NCBI GenBank assembly: GCA_963666285.1
Contig: OY762711.1
Source of the DNA: Sedimentisphaerales bacterium
GTDB taxonomy: Bacteria; Planctomycetota; Phycisphaerae; Sedimentisphaerales; SM23-30
DNA: 64,000 bases
Direction: 5' to 3' (one strand)
Both the position numbers and the translations under genes were made by a program. This document shows, in pieces, positions 47,713 to 57,026 of the stretch (the stretch's first letter is position 1; each line of letters opens with the position of its first letter). The notes below the pieces were generated by a model. That model was not told where the DNA came from. It was given only the letters and a program-made list of their open reading frames with translations, and ran no database searches.

Positions 47713-48249
47713 TTAACGTTTTGAGAACTGGAAGCTCTTTCTTGCTTTCTTGTAACCGTATTTTTTACGTTCAACTTCACGGCTGTCACGAGTCAGGTAT
47801 CCCTTTTCACGTAGCACTTCGAAAGTTGATGGATCGGCTGCTACCAATGCCCTGGCTACACCCAGCAGGCAAGCTCCGGCCTGACCGGTTGTTCCGCCGC
47901 CCTGTACATTGATAAAGATATCATATCTCTTTTCGTTGCCTGTCGCTGTCAGAGGTGCTAGTACATCTCTCTGATCACGAACATTGCAGAAAAATTCCTT
48001 TAGCTCTTTTTTCTTGTTAATCAATACTTTGCCTTCGCCAAGTTTGATTCTTACACGAGCAATTGAAGACTTACGACGGCCGGTGCCCCAATTGTGCTGG
48101 CTCGGCGATAAACGTTCTGCCGTTGGCTGACGCAATCTCCTGGGCACTACTCCACTGTCTAATGCTTTATCTCCAGCAATTACTGATGCGGCACTTGTTG
48201 GTGCTGCTTTTACTACTCCAGGATCAATCATTGGGGTTTCTTCCGACAC
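47713..48249 (-). CDS. rpsI: 30S ribosomal protein S9 with N-terminal extension
   Basis: 'GTGRRKSSIARV', 'GGGTTGQAGA', 'LTRDSREVERKKYG..KARKSFQFSKR'. Confidence 0.97.
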   Translation of the reverse strand: MSEETPMIDPGVVKAAPTSAASVIAGDKALDSGVVPRRLRQPTAERLSPSQHNWGTGRRKSSIARVRIKLGEGKVLINKKKELKEFFCNVRDQRDVLAPLTATGNEKRYDIFINVQGGGTTGQAGACLLGVARALVAADPSTFEVLREKGYLTRDSREVERKKYGYKKARKSFQFSKR

Positions 48250-48288
48250 GATTTTACCTCTTTATATTCTTTCGTTTATCGTTCTCTA

Positions 48289-48732
48289 TTATAGTTCTAG
48301 TTCGCGAGGAGTCTGAGCTGAATGAGGATGCTCAGAACCGCGATATACCTTTAATTTTGTCAACATCTTTACGCCTAGCTTATTCTTCGGCAGCATACGA
48401 CGTACCGCTTCTTTGATTACCCACTCTGGCTTCTTGTCCATCGCTTCTTCAAAAGAAACATATTTATGACCACCTGAATAATTTGTGTAGTAGTCATACA
48501 TCTTCGTTTCTGCCTTACGACCACTGGTAGATATCTTTTCAGCATTGGTAACTATTATAAAGTCACCTGTATCTACAAATGGGGTATAGATTGGTTTGTG
48601 CTTGCCCATTAGCATTGTTGCTACCGAGGCAGCCAAACGACCTAAAATCTTGTCGCTGGCATCTACTACAAACCAGTCTTGTTCTACTGTTTCATTTTTT
48701 GCCAGTGTTGTCTTTTGTAATCTAGCCTGCAT
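48289..48732 (-). CDS. rplM: 50S ribosomal protein L13
   Basis: 'WFVVDA..KILGRLA', 'GKHKPIYTP.VDTGD', 'RMLPKN.LG', 'HPH.AQ'. Confidence 0.98.
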   Translation of the reverse strand: MQARLQKTTLAKNETVEQDWFVVDASDKILGRLAASVATMLMGKHKPIYTPFVDTGDFIIVTNAEKISTSGRKAETKMYDYYTNYSGGHKYVSFEEAMDKKPEWVIKEAVRRMLPKNKLGVKMLTKLKVYRGSEHPHSAQTPRELEL

Positions 48733-48830
48733 CTTTTACACTTTCTCTGCGTTATAACTTGATAACTATTAAACAATTATAACAATTTACACTTACTACT
48801 TGCTCTTTACAGGCAAGTAGAGAATAGAAC

Positions 48831-48858
48831 ATTATAGCCGCAACTGTATATATGTCAA
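48831..48858 (-). promoter_or_regulatory. Consensus sigma-70 promoter of rplM-rpsI
   Basis: TTGACA-16bp-TATAAT on the minus strand. Confidence 0.85.
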
Positions 48859-48901
48859 GGGTTTTTGTGACACTTTTTCTCTTTTCATTACAAAATTTTA
48901 A

Positions 48902-48931
48902 TAGACAATAATCATCATATTACAATATAAT
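48902..48931 (+). promoter_or_regulatory. Probable guaA promoter
   Basis: TAGACA-18bp-TATAAT. Confidence 0.55.
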
Positions 48932-48986
48932 GTTGCATTGTCCATAATTAATGAGACTAGCAGGTATTTATACAGGAGAACAAAAC

Positions 48987-50531
48987 TTGCGTGAAACCAT
49001 AGCTATTTTAGATTTCGGTAGTCAATACGTTCAGCTTATCGCCCGTAGAGTGCGTGAACATAACGTTTTTAGCAGAATTTTTAGACACGACATTGAAATT
49101 GAAAGACTTAAACAGGAAAACCTAAAAGGTATTATCCTAACTGGCGGACCTGCAAGTGTTTACGAAAAAGATTCGCCCAAATGCGACCCGCGAATTTTCG
49201 AACTGGGAGTGCCTGTTTTAGGCATATGTTACGGCATGCAGATCGGCTCCAGCATACTTGGAGCAAACATTTCCACCGCTGAAAGCAGGGAATACGGCTC
49301 TACCAAACTGCATATCAAATCTGACAGCTCCAGCAGGCTGCTGAAAGGACTCTCTGGCGAAAAAATCGTCTGGATGAGCCATGGCGACCAGGTTAACACT
49401 CTGCCGGAAGAATTTATCTCTCTGGCCAATACCGACACCTGCCCTTATGCTGCTGTCAGACATAAATCTGCCGACTTTTTCGGCGTCCAGTTCCACCCGG
49501 AAGTTACCCATACTCCATGCGGCGAACAGATTTTCGATAATTTCCTCTACGAAATCTGTAAATGCAGCGGCAGCTGGAAAATGGGCGATATTATTGACCA
49601 GAGTTGCGAAGCTGTTCGCAAACAGGTTGGAAACTCTACCGTCATCTGCGGATTAAGCGGCGGAGTGGATTCTTCTGTCGTTGCCGCACTGCTGCACAAA
49701 GCTATCGGTGACCAGTTAGTATGTATTTTTGTAGATAACGGCCTTCTTAGAAAGGGAGAGCGAGAATATGTCAAATCAACTTTTATCGATCACTTTCAGC
49801 TTGACTTGCGCGTGGTGGATTGGTCCGAACGCTTTCTCGGCAGGCTGGCCGGGGTTACTGATCCTCAACAGAAAAGAATTATCATCGGACATGAATTTAT
49901 CGAGGCTTTTGCCAATGAGGCTAATAGTATCACCGATGCCAGGTTCCTCGCACAAGGTACCCTATATCCCGACGTCATCGAAAGTGGAAGCAAAGACGGA
50001 AATCCGGCAGCCAATATTAAGCTCCACCACAATGTCGGCGGACTACCTGAAAAACTTGGCTTTGAACTAGTTGAACCTCTACGCGACCTGTTCAAAGATG
50101 AAGTCAGGCTCATGGGTGAAATGCTCGGACTGCCGGAAAAAATCGTATGGCGACATCCATTCCCCGGCCCCGGACTCGCTGTCAGAATTGTTGGTGAAAT
50201 CACCAAAGACAGACTCGACATCCTGCGTGAAGCCGACGAAATTTTTATCGAAGAGATTACCGCTGCCGGTCTATACCGCCAGATCAGCCAGGCGCTCGCC
50301 GTACTGCTGCCTATCAAATCTGTCGGCGTTATGGGTGACGGCAGAAGCTATGAAAACGTTTGTGCCATCCGTGCCGTTGAGACCAAGGACTTTATGACCG
50401 CTACCTGGTCGCATATTCCATACGATGTCCTTGAGCGGATTTCCAGCAGAGTCATCAACGAAGTTCGCGGCATTAACCGTGTGGTTTACGACATATCAAG
50501 TAAACCGCCGGCCACTATCGAATGGGAATAA
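48987..50531 (+). CDS. guaA: GMP synthase (glutamine-hydrolysing)
   Basis: 'LDFGSQY', 'GICYGMQ', 'QFHPE', 'SGGVDS', '[10 protein letters not shown]'; TTG start after AGGAG. Confidence 0.97.
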   Translation: MRETIAILDFGSQYVQLIARRVREHNVFSRIFRHDIEIERLKQENLKGIILTGGPASVYEKDSPKCDPRIFELGVPVLGICYGMQIGSSILGANISTAESREYGSTKLHIKSDSSSRLLKGLSGEKIVWMSHGDQVNTLPEEFISLANTDTCPYAAVRHKSADFFGVQFHPEVTHTPCGEQIFDNFLYEICKCSGSWKMGDIIDQSCEAVRKQVGNSTVICGLSGGVDSSVVAALLHKAIGDQLVCIFVDNGLLRKGEREYVKSTFIDHFQLDLRVVDWSERFLGRLAGVTDPQQKRIIIGHEFIEAFANEANSITDARFLAQGTLYPDVIESGSKDGNPAANIKLHHNVGGLPEKLGFELVEPLRDLFKDEVRLMGEMLGLPEKIVWRHPFPGPGLAVRIVGEITKDRLDILREADEIFIEEITAAGLYRQISQALAVLLPIKSVGVMGDGRSYENVCAIRAVETKDFMTATWSHIPYDVLERISSRVINEVRGINRVVYDISSKPPATIEWE

Positions 50532-50590
50532 ACCTTGATACGCTGAAAAAGATTTTAAATAATGGATAAGTTAAGAGAAAATAGGATAAT

Positions 50591-50690
50591 GCGTCAGCTC
50601 TAAAATAAGGTTGCGTTGCAACACCGCGACTCTTCACCCGCTTGCGACATGCGAAGCATACTTAGTTCCTCACTCTTCACTTTTTTAAGT
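50591..50690. repeat. Hairpin-ACACC-pyrimidine tract element
   Basis: gcgtcagctctaaaa..gttgc-gtt-gcaac-acc...actcttcac...actcttcac. Confidence 0.6.
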
Positions 50691-50707
50691 TATTGGTTTT
50701 TCTTATA

Positions 50708-52591
50708 ATGAATAATAACATTGAAAAATCTAACCTTACCACTCAGCCAGGCGAAAGTGCCGACGGTTCATGGGATATAAACGCATCTGTCGGCATAGTC
50801 GAAACTAAAAATGTACAAATTTGCGACATAGACCACCCGCTCACCCTGGAATGTGGTAAAAAGCTGGCTCCTGTTAACGTCGCATACGAAACCTACGGCA
50901 CACTCAGCGATAAAAAAGACAACGCGATTCTTATTATCCACGCCCTTACCGGCGATGCTCACGTTGCCGGCAAACACAGCGAAGCCGACCGCAAACCCGG
51001 CTGGTGGGAATCGATGGTCGGCCCCGGCAAGGCATTTGATACCGATAAATATTACATAATATGCTCAAACTGTCTCGGCGGCTGCTCCGGCACCACCGGC
51101 CCCGGCAGTATCAACCCGGAAACCGGCAAACCTTACGGATTAGAATTCCCCATGATCACTATCAGTGACATGGTAGATGTCCAGCAGAAACTAGTCGAAT
51201 ATCTAGGCGTAGATAAGCTGCTTGCCGTTGCCGGAGGTAGTATGGGCGGCATGCAATGTCTCGATTGGGCCGTTCGCTACCCGGACAAAGTCGGCGGCAT
51301 GATCTTCATCGCATCTTCCGGACGACTTACCGCCCAGGGCATCGCTTTCAACGCCGTTGCCCGCAACGCGATTACCCAGGACAAAGACTTTCAGAACGGT
51401 CAATATTACGACAACGCCAACCCGTCCAACGGACTGGCTATCGCGCGGATGATCGCTCATATCACTTACCTTTCCGAAGAGGCTATGCACCTTAAATTCG
51501 GTCGCAGACTGCAAAATGCCGAAGACTATCAGTATATCTTCGAAAAGGAATTCCAGGTCGAAAGCTATCTCGACTACCAGGGCAACTCGTTCGTTGAACG
51601 TTTCGACGCCAACAGCTACCTGTACATCACCAAGGCCCTGGACTACTACGACCTCGTTCGCAGCTTCGACAGCGTTCAGGATTCTCTCGCCAGGACGGCC
51701 TGCCGTTCTCTGGTCGTCAGCTTCAGTTCAGACTGGCTCTTCCCGCCTGAACAAGGCAAACAGATTGTCGAAGGACTTATCAGCAGCGGCAAAGATGTCA
51801 GCTATGCCAATATCGAAAGTCCTTACGGACATGATTCGTTCCTGCTCGAAACCGAGATACAAACCAACCTTATCGGCGGATTCCTCAAGGAAACTTATTG
51901 CGAGCTTACCGATTGCCCCTGCTCACCTGAAGCCGAACATTGCGAAAAACGAAACTACGCTGCCAAACTGAATAAATCAAAAAGCATTTTCAACGGCAGA
52001 CGTGTCGACCACGCTCGGATCGCAACCCTTATCAAACCTGACTGTAAAGTACTGGACCTCGGCTGCGGTAACGGTGAACTGCTGAACATGCTCGAACACG
52101 ACAAAAACGCGTCCGGTTTCGGACTAACACTAAATATTGCCGACATCCAGCAGTGTGCCCTAAAGGGAATTTCCGTCATCCAGTATGACATACTCGACAG
52201 CCTCAGCCTGTTCGCCAACAAGAGCTTCGACTACGTCGTACTCAGCCAGGCACTCCAGGTTATCACAGACCCAGTTTTCGCTCTGCAGGAAATGCTGCGG
52301 ATCGGTAAAAAGATCATCGTCAGCTTCCCAAACTTCGCTTACTGGCGTAGTAGAGCACAGCTAATGTTCAAAGGTCGCGCACCGGTCTGCCGATCATTAC
52401 CCCGCCAGTGGTTCGAAAGCCCGGAAGACAGTATCACATACCTGTCTGTCAAAGACTTCGAAATCTTCGCACGCGATGTACTTCATGCTAAAATCGAAAT
52501 GGAGTTCCCAATTTCTTCCCGGTTCGGCAAGGTCATACCGTGGTTCAGCAACATCCTCGCCGACGAAGCAATCTTCGTTCTCAGCAAGTAA
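50708..52591 (+). CDS. metX: Homoserine O-acyltransferase MetX fused to MetW-like SAM-binding domain
   Basis: 'HALTGDAH', nucleophile 'GGSMGG', 'RFDANSY', 'GHDSFL'; C-terminal 'VLDLGCGNG', 'VVLSQALQ', 'VSFPNF'. Confidence 0.9.
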   Translation: MNNNIEKSNLTTQPGESADGSWDINASVGIVETKNVQICDIDHPLTLECGKKLAPVNVAYETYGTLSDKKDNAILIIHALTGDAHVAGKHSEADRKPGWWESMVGPGKAFDTDKYYIICSNCLGGCSGTTGPGSINPETGKPYGLEFPMITISDMVDVQQKLVEYLGVDKLLAVAGGSMGGMQCLDWAVRYPDKVGGMIFIASSGRLTAQGIAFNAVARNAITQDKDFQNGQYYDNANPSNGLAIARMIAHITYLSEEAMHLKFGRRLQNAEDYQYIFEKEFQVESYLDYQGNSFVERFDANSYLYITKALDYYDLVRSFDSVQDSLARTACRSLVVSFSSDWLFPPEQGKQIVEGLISSGKDVSYANIESPYGHDSFLLETEIQTNLIGGFLKETYCELTDCPCSPEAEHCEKRNYAAKLNKSKSIFNGRRVDHARIATLIKPDCKVLDLGCGNGELLNMLEHDKNASGFGLTLNIADIQQCALKGISVIQYDILDSLSLFANKSFDYVVLSQALQVITDPVFALQEMLRIGKKIIVSFPNFAYWRSRAQLMFKGRAPVCRSLPRQWFESPEDSITYLSVKDFEIFARDVLHAKIEMEFPISSRFGKVIPWFSNILADEAIFVLSK

Positions 52592-52737
52592 CCGACACTG
52601 ACCGTAATAATAAAATACAATCTCAGAATTCACATTCATTTCTAAAAATAGTAAGTCAGCCATCCTTAAACTAACAACTAAAATCCTGGCAAAATTAAAC
52701 TGATACTTCACCTAATATTCAATCTATGAGCAATAAA

Positions 52738-54762
52738 TCAATTTGCCGATATTTCTTTATATCGAATCTCTGAACCAATAGAATCTATTAACTGCTCACC
52801 TCCCCAGCTAACTATACTTCCATCCTCTCTTAATGCAAAACCCCACCTCGAACTCCCTGATATAGCAACAAAGTTTTTTTCAGTTGGAATTCCGTTATTT
52901 TGACTCTCATCATGCGGCCCCCAGGCTACAATACTTCCATCAGACCTTAACCCCATACTGCAATACCCCCCTGCTGATATAGCAATAAAATCATTTTCTG
53001 TAGGAAACCCTAAACTCTGCCCCATCCTATTGCTGCCCCACATTACAATTGAACCATCTTGTTTTAACCCAAGACAATGACAGAAACCTAGAGAAATAGA
53101 GATAAAATCATTACCTGCTGGAACGTCCATTTGACCATCAAAATTCCTTCCCCAACCGACAATACTGCCGTCTGCCCGTAACGCAAGACTATTATCTGAA
53201 CCAGCAGCAATCTTTACATAGTCATTGCCAACTGGTTGATTATTTAATTGCCCTGATCGATTGCTGCCCCAACAAACAATACTGCCATCTCCTTTCAATG
53301 CAAGATTATGGTATCTTCCGGCTGAAATAGCGGTATAGTTATTACCGGCAGGTACTTCAAGCTGGCCAAGACTATTGTCACCCCAGGCAGCTAAACTGCC
53401 ATTTGACCTAATCGCGAGAACGTGATTCTGCCCCGCAGATACAGCTATAATTTCACTTTCAATATAATCTTCTTCAAATTGACCATCTTTGGTTTCAACC
53501 AGGTTAACAATAACCCCATCATCCCTCAACGCAATTACGTTAATGCTATTTTTAAGATAAGTCTTTTTTCCTTTTGTCATATCACTATTATCGACAGTAA
53601 AGTCATAATATGAATCCCATGGCCCTCTAGCCCCCCACCCAATAATTCGCCCATCTTCAGTTATTGCTAAACTATACCCATAAAAGTTTGAACTGACCGC
53701 TTTATATCTTCCTCTTGGACTATATCCCTCACCCCACTCATTTTTACCCCAACTTGCGATTGTTCCATCCTTCTTTAAGCCTAAACAGTAAGAATCACAT
53801 GCGGCCAGAGAAATAAAATCTTTGCCAGAAGGGACACAATCGAGAGGACCATACAATTTGCCTCCCCAGGCTGCAATGCTGCCATCTGACCTAAGGGCCA
53901 GATTATAACTGTCACCTGCAAATAATGAAGCAAATCCATTTTCTTTTGGCATACCAATCAATGGGCCAGACCATTTTTTTCCTGACCAGTCATACCCCCA
54001 TGATTCAATACTGCCATCTGTCCTGAGAGCCAAACTGTGCAGCATGCCAGCTGAGACAGAAACAAATTCATCTCCTTTTGGCACATCATCCACATTTCCA
54101 TATTTATTACTTCCCCAGGCAGCAATACTTCCGTCAGCCCGCAAAGCAACGCAATGATAATAACCAGAGGATATTGCTACATAATCATTCCCTTCAGGCA
54201 CTTCCAGTAGTCCATATTGATTACTGCCCCAGGCTACTATACTACCATCATTTTTTAACGCTATACAATGGCCTGTACCTATAGAGATCGCAATAAAATC
54301 ATTACCAGCAGGTACTTCTAACTGACCATCATCGTGATTCCCCCACGCAATAAGACTGCCATCTCCTCTTAAAGCAAGCACATTATTCAACTCTCCACAT
54401 ACAGCGACATAATCATTCCCGGCAAATTCATATTTGTTCATAAGCGGCGGGTGTGGAGAACCGACCATTCCATAAATTGTAAGTATAACCCCAATAACAC
54501 AAAGCCCTATACTGTACTTTCCCTTTTTAAGAGGCTTATCATCTTGTGATAAGTTACTAAAGTAACCTACTCCACATACAAAGCTGATAACAAACGGAAT
54601 AATAATAGCAGGCAAAAAAATACTTGAAACAATAAAGTAGACAAATGACTGATGGCCTTTGCACAAAGCTATAATTAATGCATATAACAATGCAATAATA
54701 AGCTCTATAATAGAGAATGTTAAGCATACTCCGGCTAATTTATTCGCTTTTTTATCATCCAT
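52738..54762 (-). CDS. Membrane-anchored RCC1/BLIP-II-like beta-propeller repeat protein
   Basis: Three N-terminal TMs, then many ~37-aa repeats 'AISAG..H.LAL..DGSI.AWG.N..GQ..VP.GND'. Confidence 0.85.
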   Translation of the reverse strand: MDDKKANKLAGVCLTFSIIELIIALLYALIIALCKGHQSFVYFIVSSIFLPAIIIPFVISFVCGVGYFSNLSQDDKPLKKGKYSIGLCVIGVILTIYGMVGSPHPPLMNKYEFAGNDYVAVCGELNNVLALRGDGSLIAWGNHDDGQLEVPAGNDFIAISIGTGHCIALKNDGSIVAWGSNQYGLLEVPEGNDYVAISSGYYHCVALRADGSIAAWGSNKYGNVDDVPKGDEFVSVSAGMLHSLALRTDGSIESWGYDWSGKKWSGPLIGMPKENGFASLFAGDSYNLALRSDGSIAAWGGKLYGPLDCVPSGKDFISLAACDSYCLGLKKDGTIASWGKNEWGEGYSPRGRYKAVSSNFYGYSLAITEDGRIIGWGARGPWDSYYDFTVDNSDMTKGKKTYLKNSINVIALRDDGVIVNLVETKDGQFEEDYIESEIIAVSAGQNHVLAIRSNGSLAAWGDNSLGQLEVPAGNNYTAISAGRYHNLALKGDGSIVCWGSNRSGQLNNQPVGNDYVKIAAGSDNSLALRADGSIVGWGRNFDGQMDVPAGNDFISISLGFCHCLGLKQDGSIVMWGSNRMGQSLGFPTENDFIAISAGGYCSMGLRSDGSIVAWGPHDESQNNGIPTEKNFVAISGSSRWGFALREDGSIVSWGGEQLIDSIGSEIRYKEISAN

Positions 54763-55076
54763 TTATACACCACTCTAAAAACATATTTTAAGGTCCAATT
54801 GATTAGTCGAACAACTCATCATATTATTTCACAACCTTCTATGGCAATAGTTTATCTACTAATATTAATGGGATAATGAAAGGCTTCAGACACTTTTCTT
54901 GATAACTAATTACATAACAACGACTTATGCCGAAGCTGATTAAAGACTTATGACCTTGATAATAAACATCTCAAACTAACCGATTAGTATATTTTTATTG
55001 TAGTAATATTTTATAAGACAATTTGTTATTTAAATTTTTTACAGCAAAAGAACCTATTTCCACCTCAGCTAGCAAT

Positions 55077-55139
55077 AAATTAGCCTCGCCGAAGGGGACT
55101 CCATAATCCTGCCAGCGCTGAGCTCCAGCTCGGCACATT
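55077..55139. repeat. 63-bp REP-like element (inverted copy of 177-239)
   Basis: Reverse complement reads aatgtgccgagctggagctcagcgctggcaggattatgga... Confidence 0.85.
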
Positions 55140-55149
55140 GATTAAAAAC

Positions 55150-55210
55150 AAACGTGAGACGAAAGTCGAACACCTCCTTTACACTTTTTATTTTACACTT
55201 TACTCTTTTG
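55150..55210. repeat. Hairpin-ACACCT-pyrimidine tract element
   Basis: gac-gaaa-gtc-gaacacct followed by tttacacttt repeats. Confidence 0.6.
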
Positions 55211-55232
55211 ATCCGCTTCCCGGCATTACTTC

Positions 55233-56486
55233 TTACCTCTTAAATTCACCCTCGGTAAATTTAACATTATACAACTCCTCATCCTTATCAACACACCCAA
55301 CCGCCTGGATAACGGCAAGCTTATTTTGCACACTTATCGGCTTTTCGGCTTTATAATCTCTCATCCGGCATCCGGACAATGTTACCGTCAGCTTCTTATC
55401 GCCCTTCACCAGCATATAATCCCACGATTGCCCGCCGGGTACCGTTGTCAGGGCGTCATTACCACCACAAAAACATTCTACATTATTAAGAGCCGTATGA
55501 CCCTGCCCTTCGATAATAATCGGATGAAGCCCCTCAACCGGCTCGCCGCTATTTGCGATAATAGAACCCTGGGCTATCTGCCAGTTGCGATTCTTCGATT
55601 GACTGCCCTTCTTATAAATACCGACCGCCACACAATCGAAATTAAAATTCGTCAGCTGACCGTAAGTCTCATTGCCAAGTAGAATTCCACCGTAAGTACC
55701 AAAAGTAAACAGATCGATCAGCTGGGCGTTATCAGTATGATTAATGGTATAGGCAAAGGTCTTTTTAGCAATTACCGAATCGACCACCGCACGACTGTAC
55801 TGCCCCTTGACAAACCTCTGGATCGCAGGGTTCACATGACAATGCAGAATGCGAGGGATATCATAGCAGTAATCTATCCGGATAAACTCTCCGCTCAGCG
55901 GATACCCGTAACAATGCTCAAACACCATAAGCTCACAACACTTACCCCCGGACGCATTAAAATCCATCGCCAGGTACTCACCATAGAACGTCAGGCACGA
56001 CAGATATACGCCTTGTGCATTACTTGTCTGCGACACCTTTATCGTAGCTGGATAAGCAATAATTGCTTCCGGATCATCTACCGTCTGCTCCGGGTACCAA
56101 AACTGAATCCCCTTTATCTGGGTAGCCGCCTCAACCGTAATAAAAGGATGTTCCCGGTCGGTTATCGCAAATACACTGCCAACCGGCTGTACCTTTTTGG
56201 GATGTCGCGTACCACGCGGGGTCGGACCATGCACGCCCACCAGCGAAACATTCCTCTTGAGTATCAGCCCGCCGTCCACCCGGTACGGCTCATCAGACGC
56301 CGGCACAAACAAAGATTCACCACTGCCGGACGCCCAGTCAATAGCCTTTTGCATATTAACTTTATTCTCAGCGGCAGTATTAGCCGCACTCACTCCAAAA
56401 TCTGTTATACTTCTGCCGCAAACAAATGAGACCATCGCATTCAGACATAATAGAACCGCAACAACATATCCGTTATTTGAAAACAT
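55233..56486 (-). CDS. Secreted pectin-lyase-like beta-helix protein
   Basis: Signal peptide; 'SITDFG.....N...MQKAID......LFVP...YRV.G.LIL'; beta-helix periodicity. Confidence 0.7.
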   Translation of the reverse strand: MFSNNGYVVAVLLCLNAMVSFVCGRSITDFGVSAANTAAENKVNMQKAIDWASGSGESLFVPASDEPYRVDGGLILKRNVSLVGVHGPTPRGTRHPKKVQPVGSVFAITDREHPFITVEAATQIKGIQFWYPEQTVDDPEAIIAYPATIKVSQTSNAQGVYLSCLTFYGEYLAMDFNASGGKCCELMVFEHCYGYPLSGEFIRIDYCYDIPRILHCHVNPAIQRFVKGQYSRAVVDSVIAKKTFAYTINHTDNAQLIDLFTFGTYGGILLGNETYGQLTNFNFDCVAVGIYKKGSQSKNRNWQIAQGSIIANSGEPVEGLHPIIIEGQGHTALNNVECFCGGNDALTTVPGGQSWDYMLVKGDKKLTVTLSGCRMRDYKAEKPISVQNKLAVIQAVGCVDKDEELYNVKFTEGEFKR

Positions 56487-56589
56487 AGCATAATTCCTTT
56501 TTGTTCGCAAAATTACTATAAGTGACCGACTGGACACTTATAATACTATAACAGATATTTATTCGATTTGTTATCTTAAAATTAATAAG

Positions 56590-56990
56590 CCCCCCGCCTG
56601 CCCGGAGCTAGTCGAAGGATAGTCGAACACCTTCCCTTTTACCTCTCCCTCCTCGCTTCTCTCTTCTAACTCTTTGCATCCTTCATTAACTTCACTTCCT
56701 TCATGGTCAAAAAAATATTCTTTGCGATCTTTGCGGCCTTTGCGAGCAATAAATATATTGTCTTTATTTTGCCAGATATCTATCAGGTTTCCAATCGGCT
56801 CAACATCGCATCAGACAGGTAGCTTAGCTGTCCCCGTTGAAAATCCTGAGTATAAAAATAGTACGAGCGGTATCTTCGGCGTTAGCCGTTCAAAATAAGT
56901 TTGCGTAGGACCAGACAAATTTTACCTTTTACTCTTTTACTGTATTCGTAGCATCTTCCTAACTTTATATTTACACCTGACACTTTTTAT
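56590..56990. repeat. Cluster of short repeat elements
   Basis: ccggagctagtcgaaggat-agtcgaacacct (56602-56632); three ctttgcg units at 9-bp period (56720-56744); 35-bp match to 5806-5841 at 56816-56850; ttttac repeats near 56920. Confidence 0.7.
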
Positions 56991-57026
56991 CTCTCATCCG
57001 TTTGCCAACAATTATGTTGGCATCTG

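Noticed and set aside
50532..50707. SAM riboswitch upstream of metX
   Set aside because: No SAM-I core (AUC-AGAG/GCAACC arrangement) was recognised. The hairpins fit the ACACC repeat family instead.
55737..56429. 230-aa + strand ORF and the many other short antisense or nested ORFs in the track
   Set aside because: Shadow frames of well-supported genes with atypical composition.
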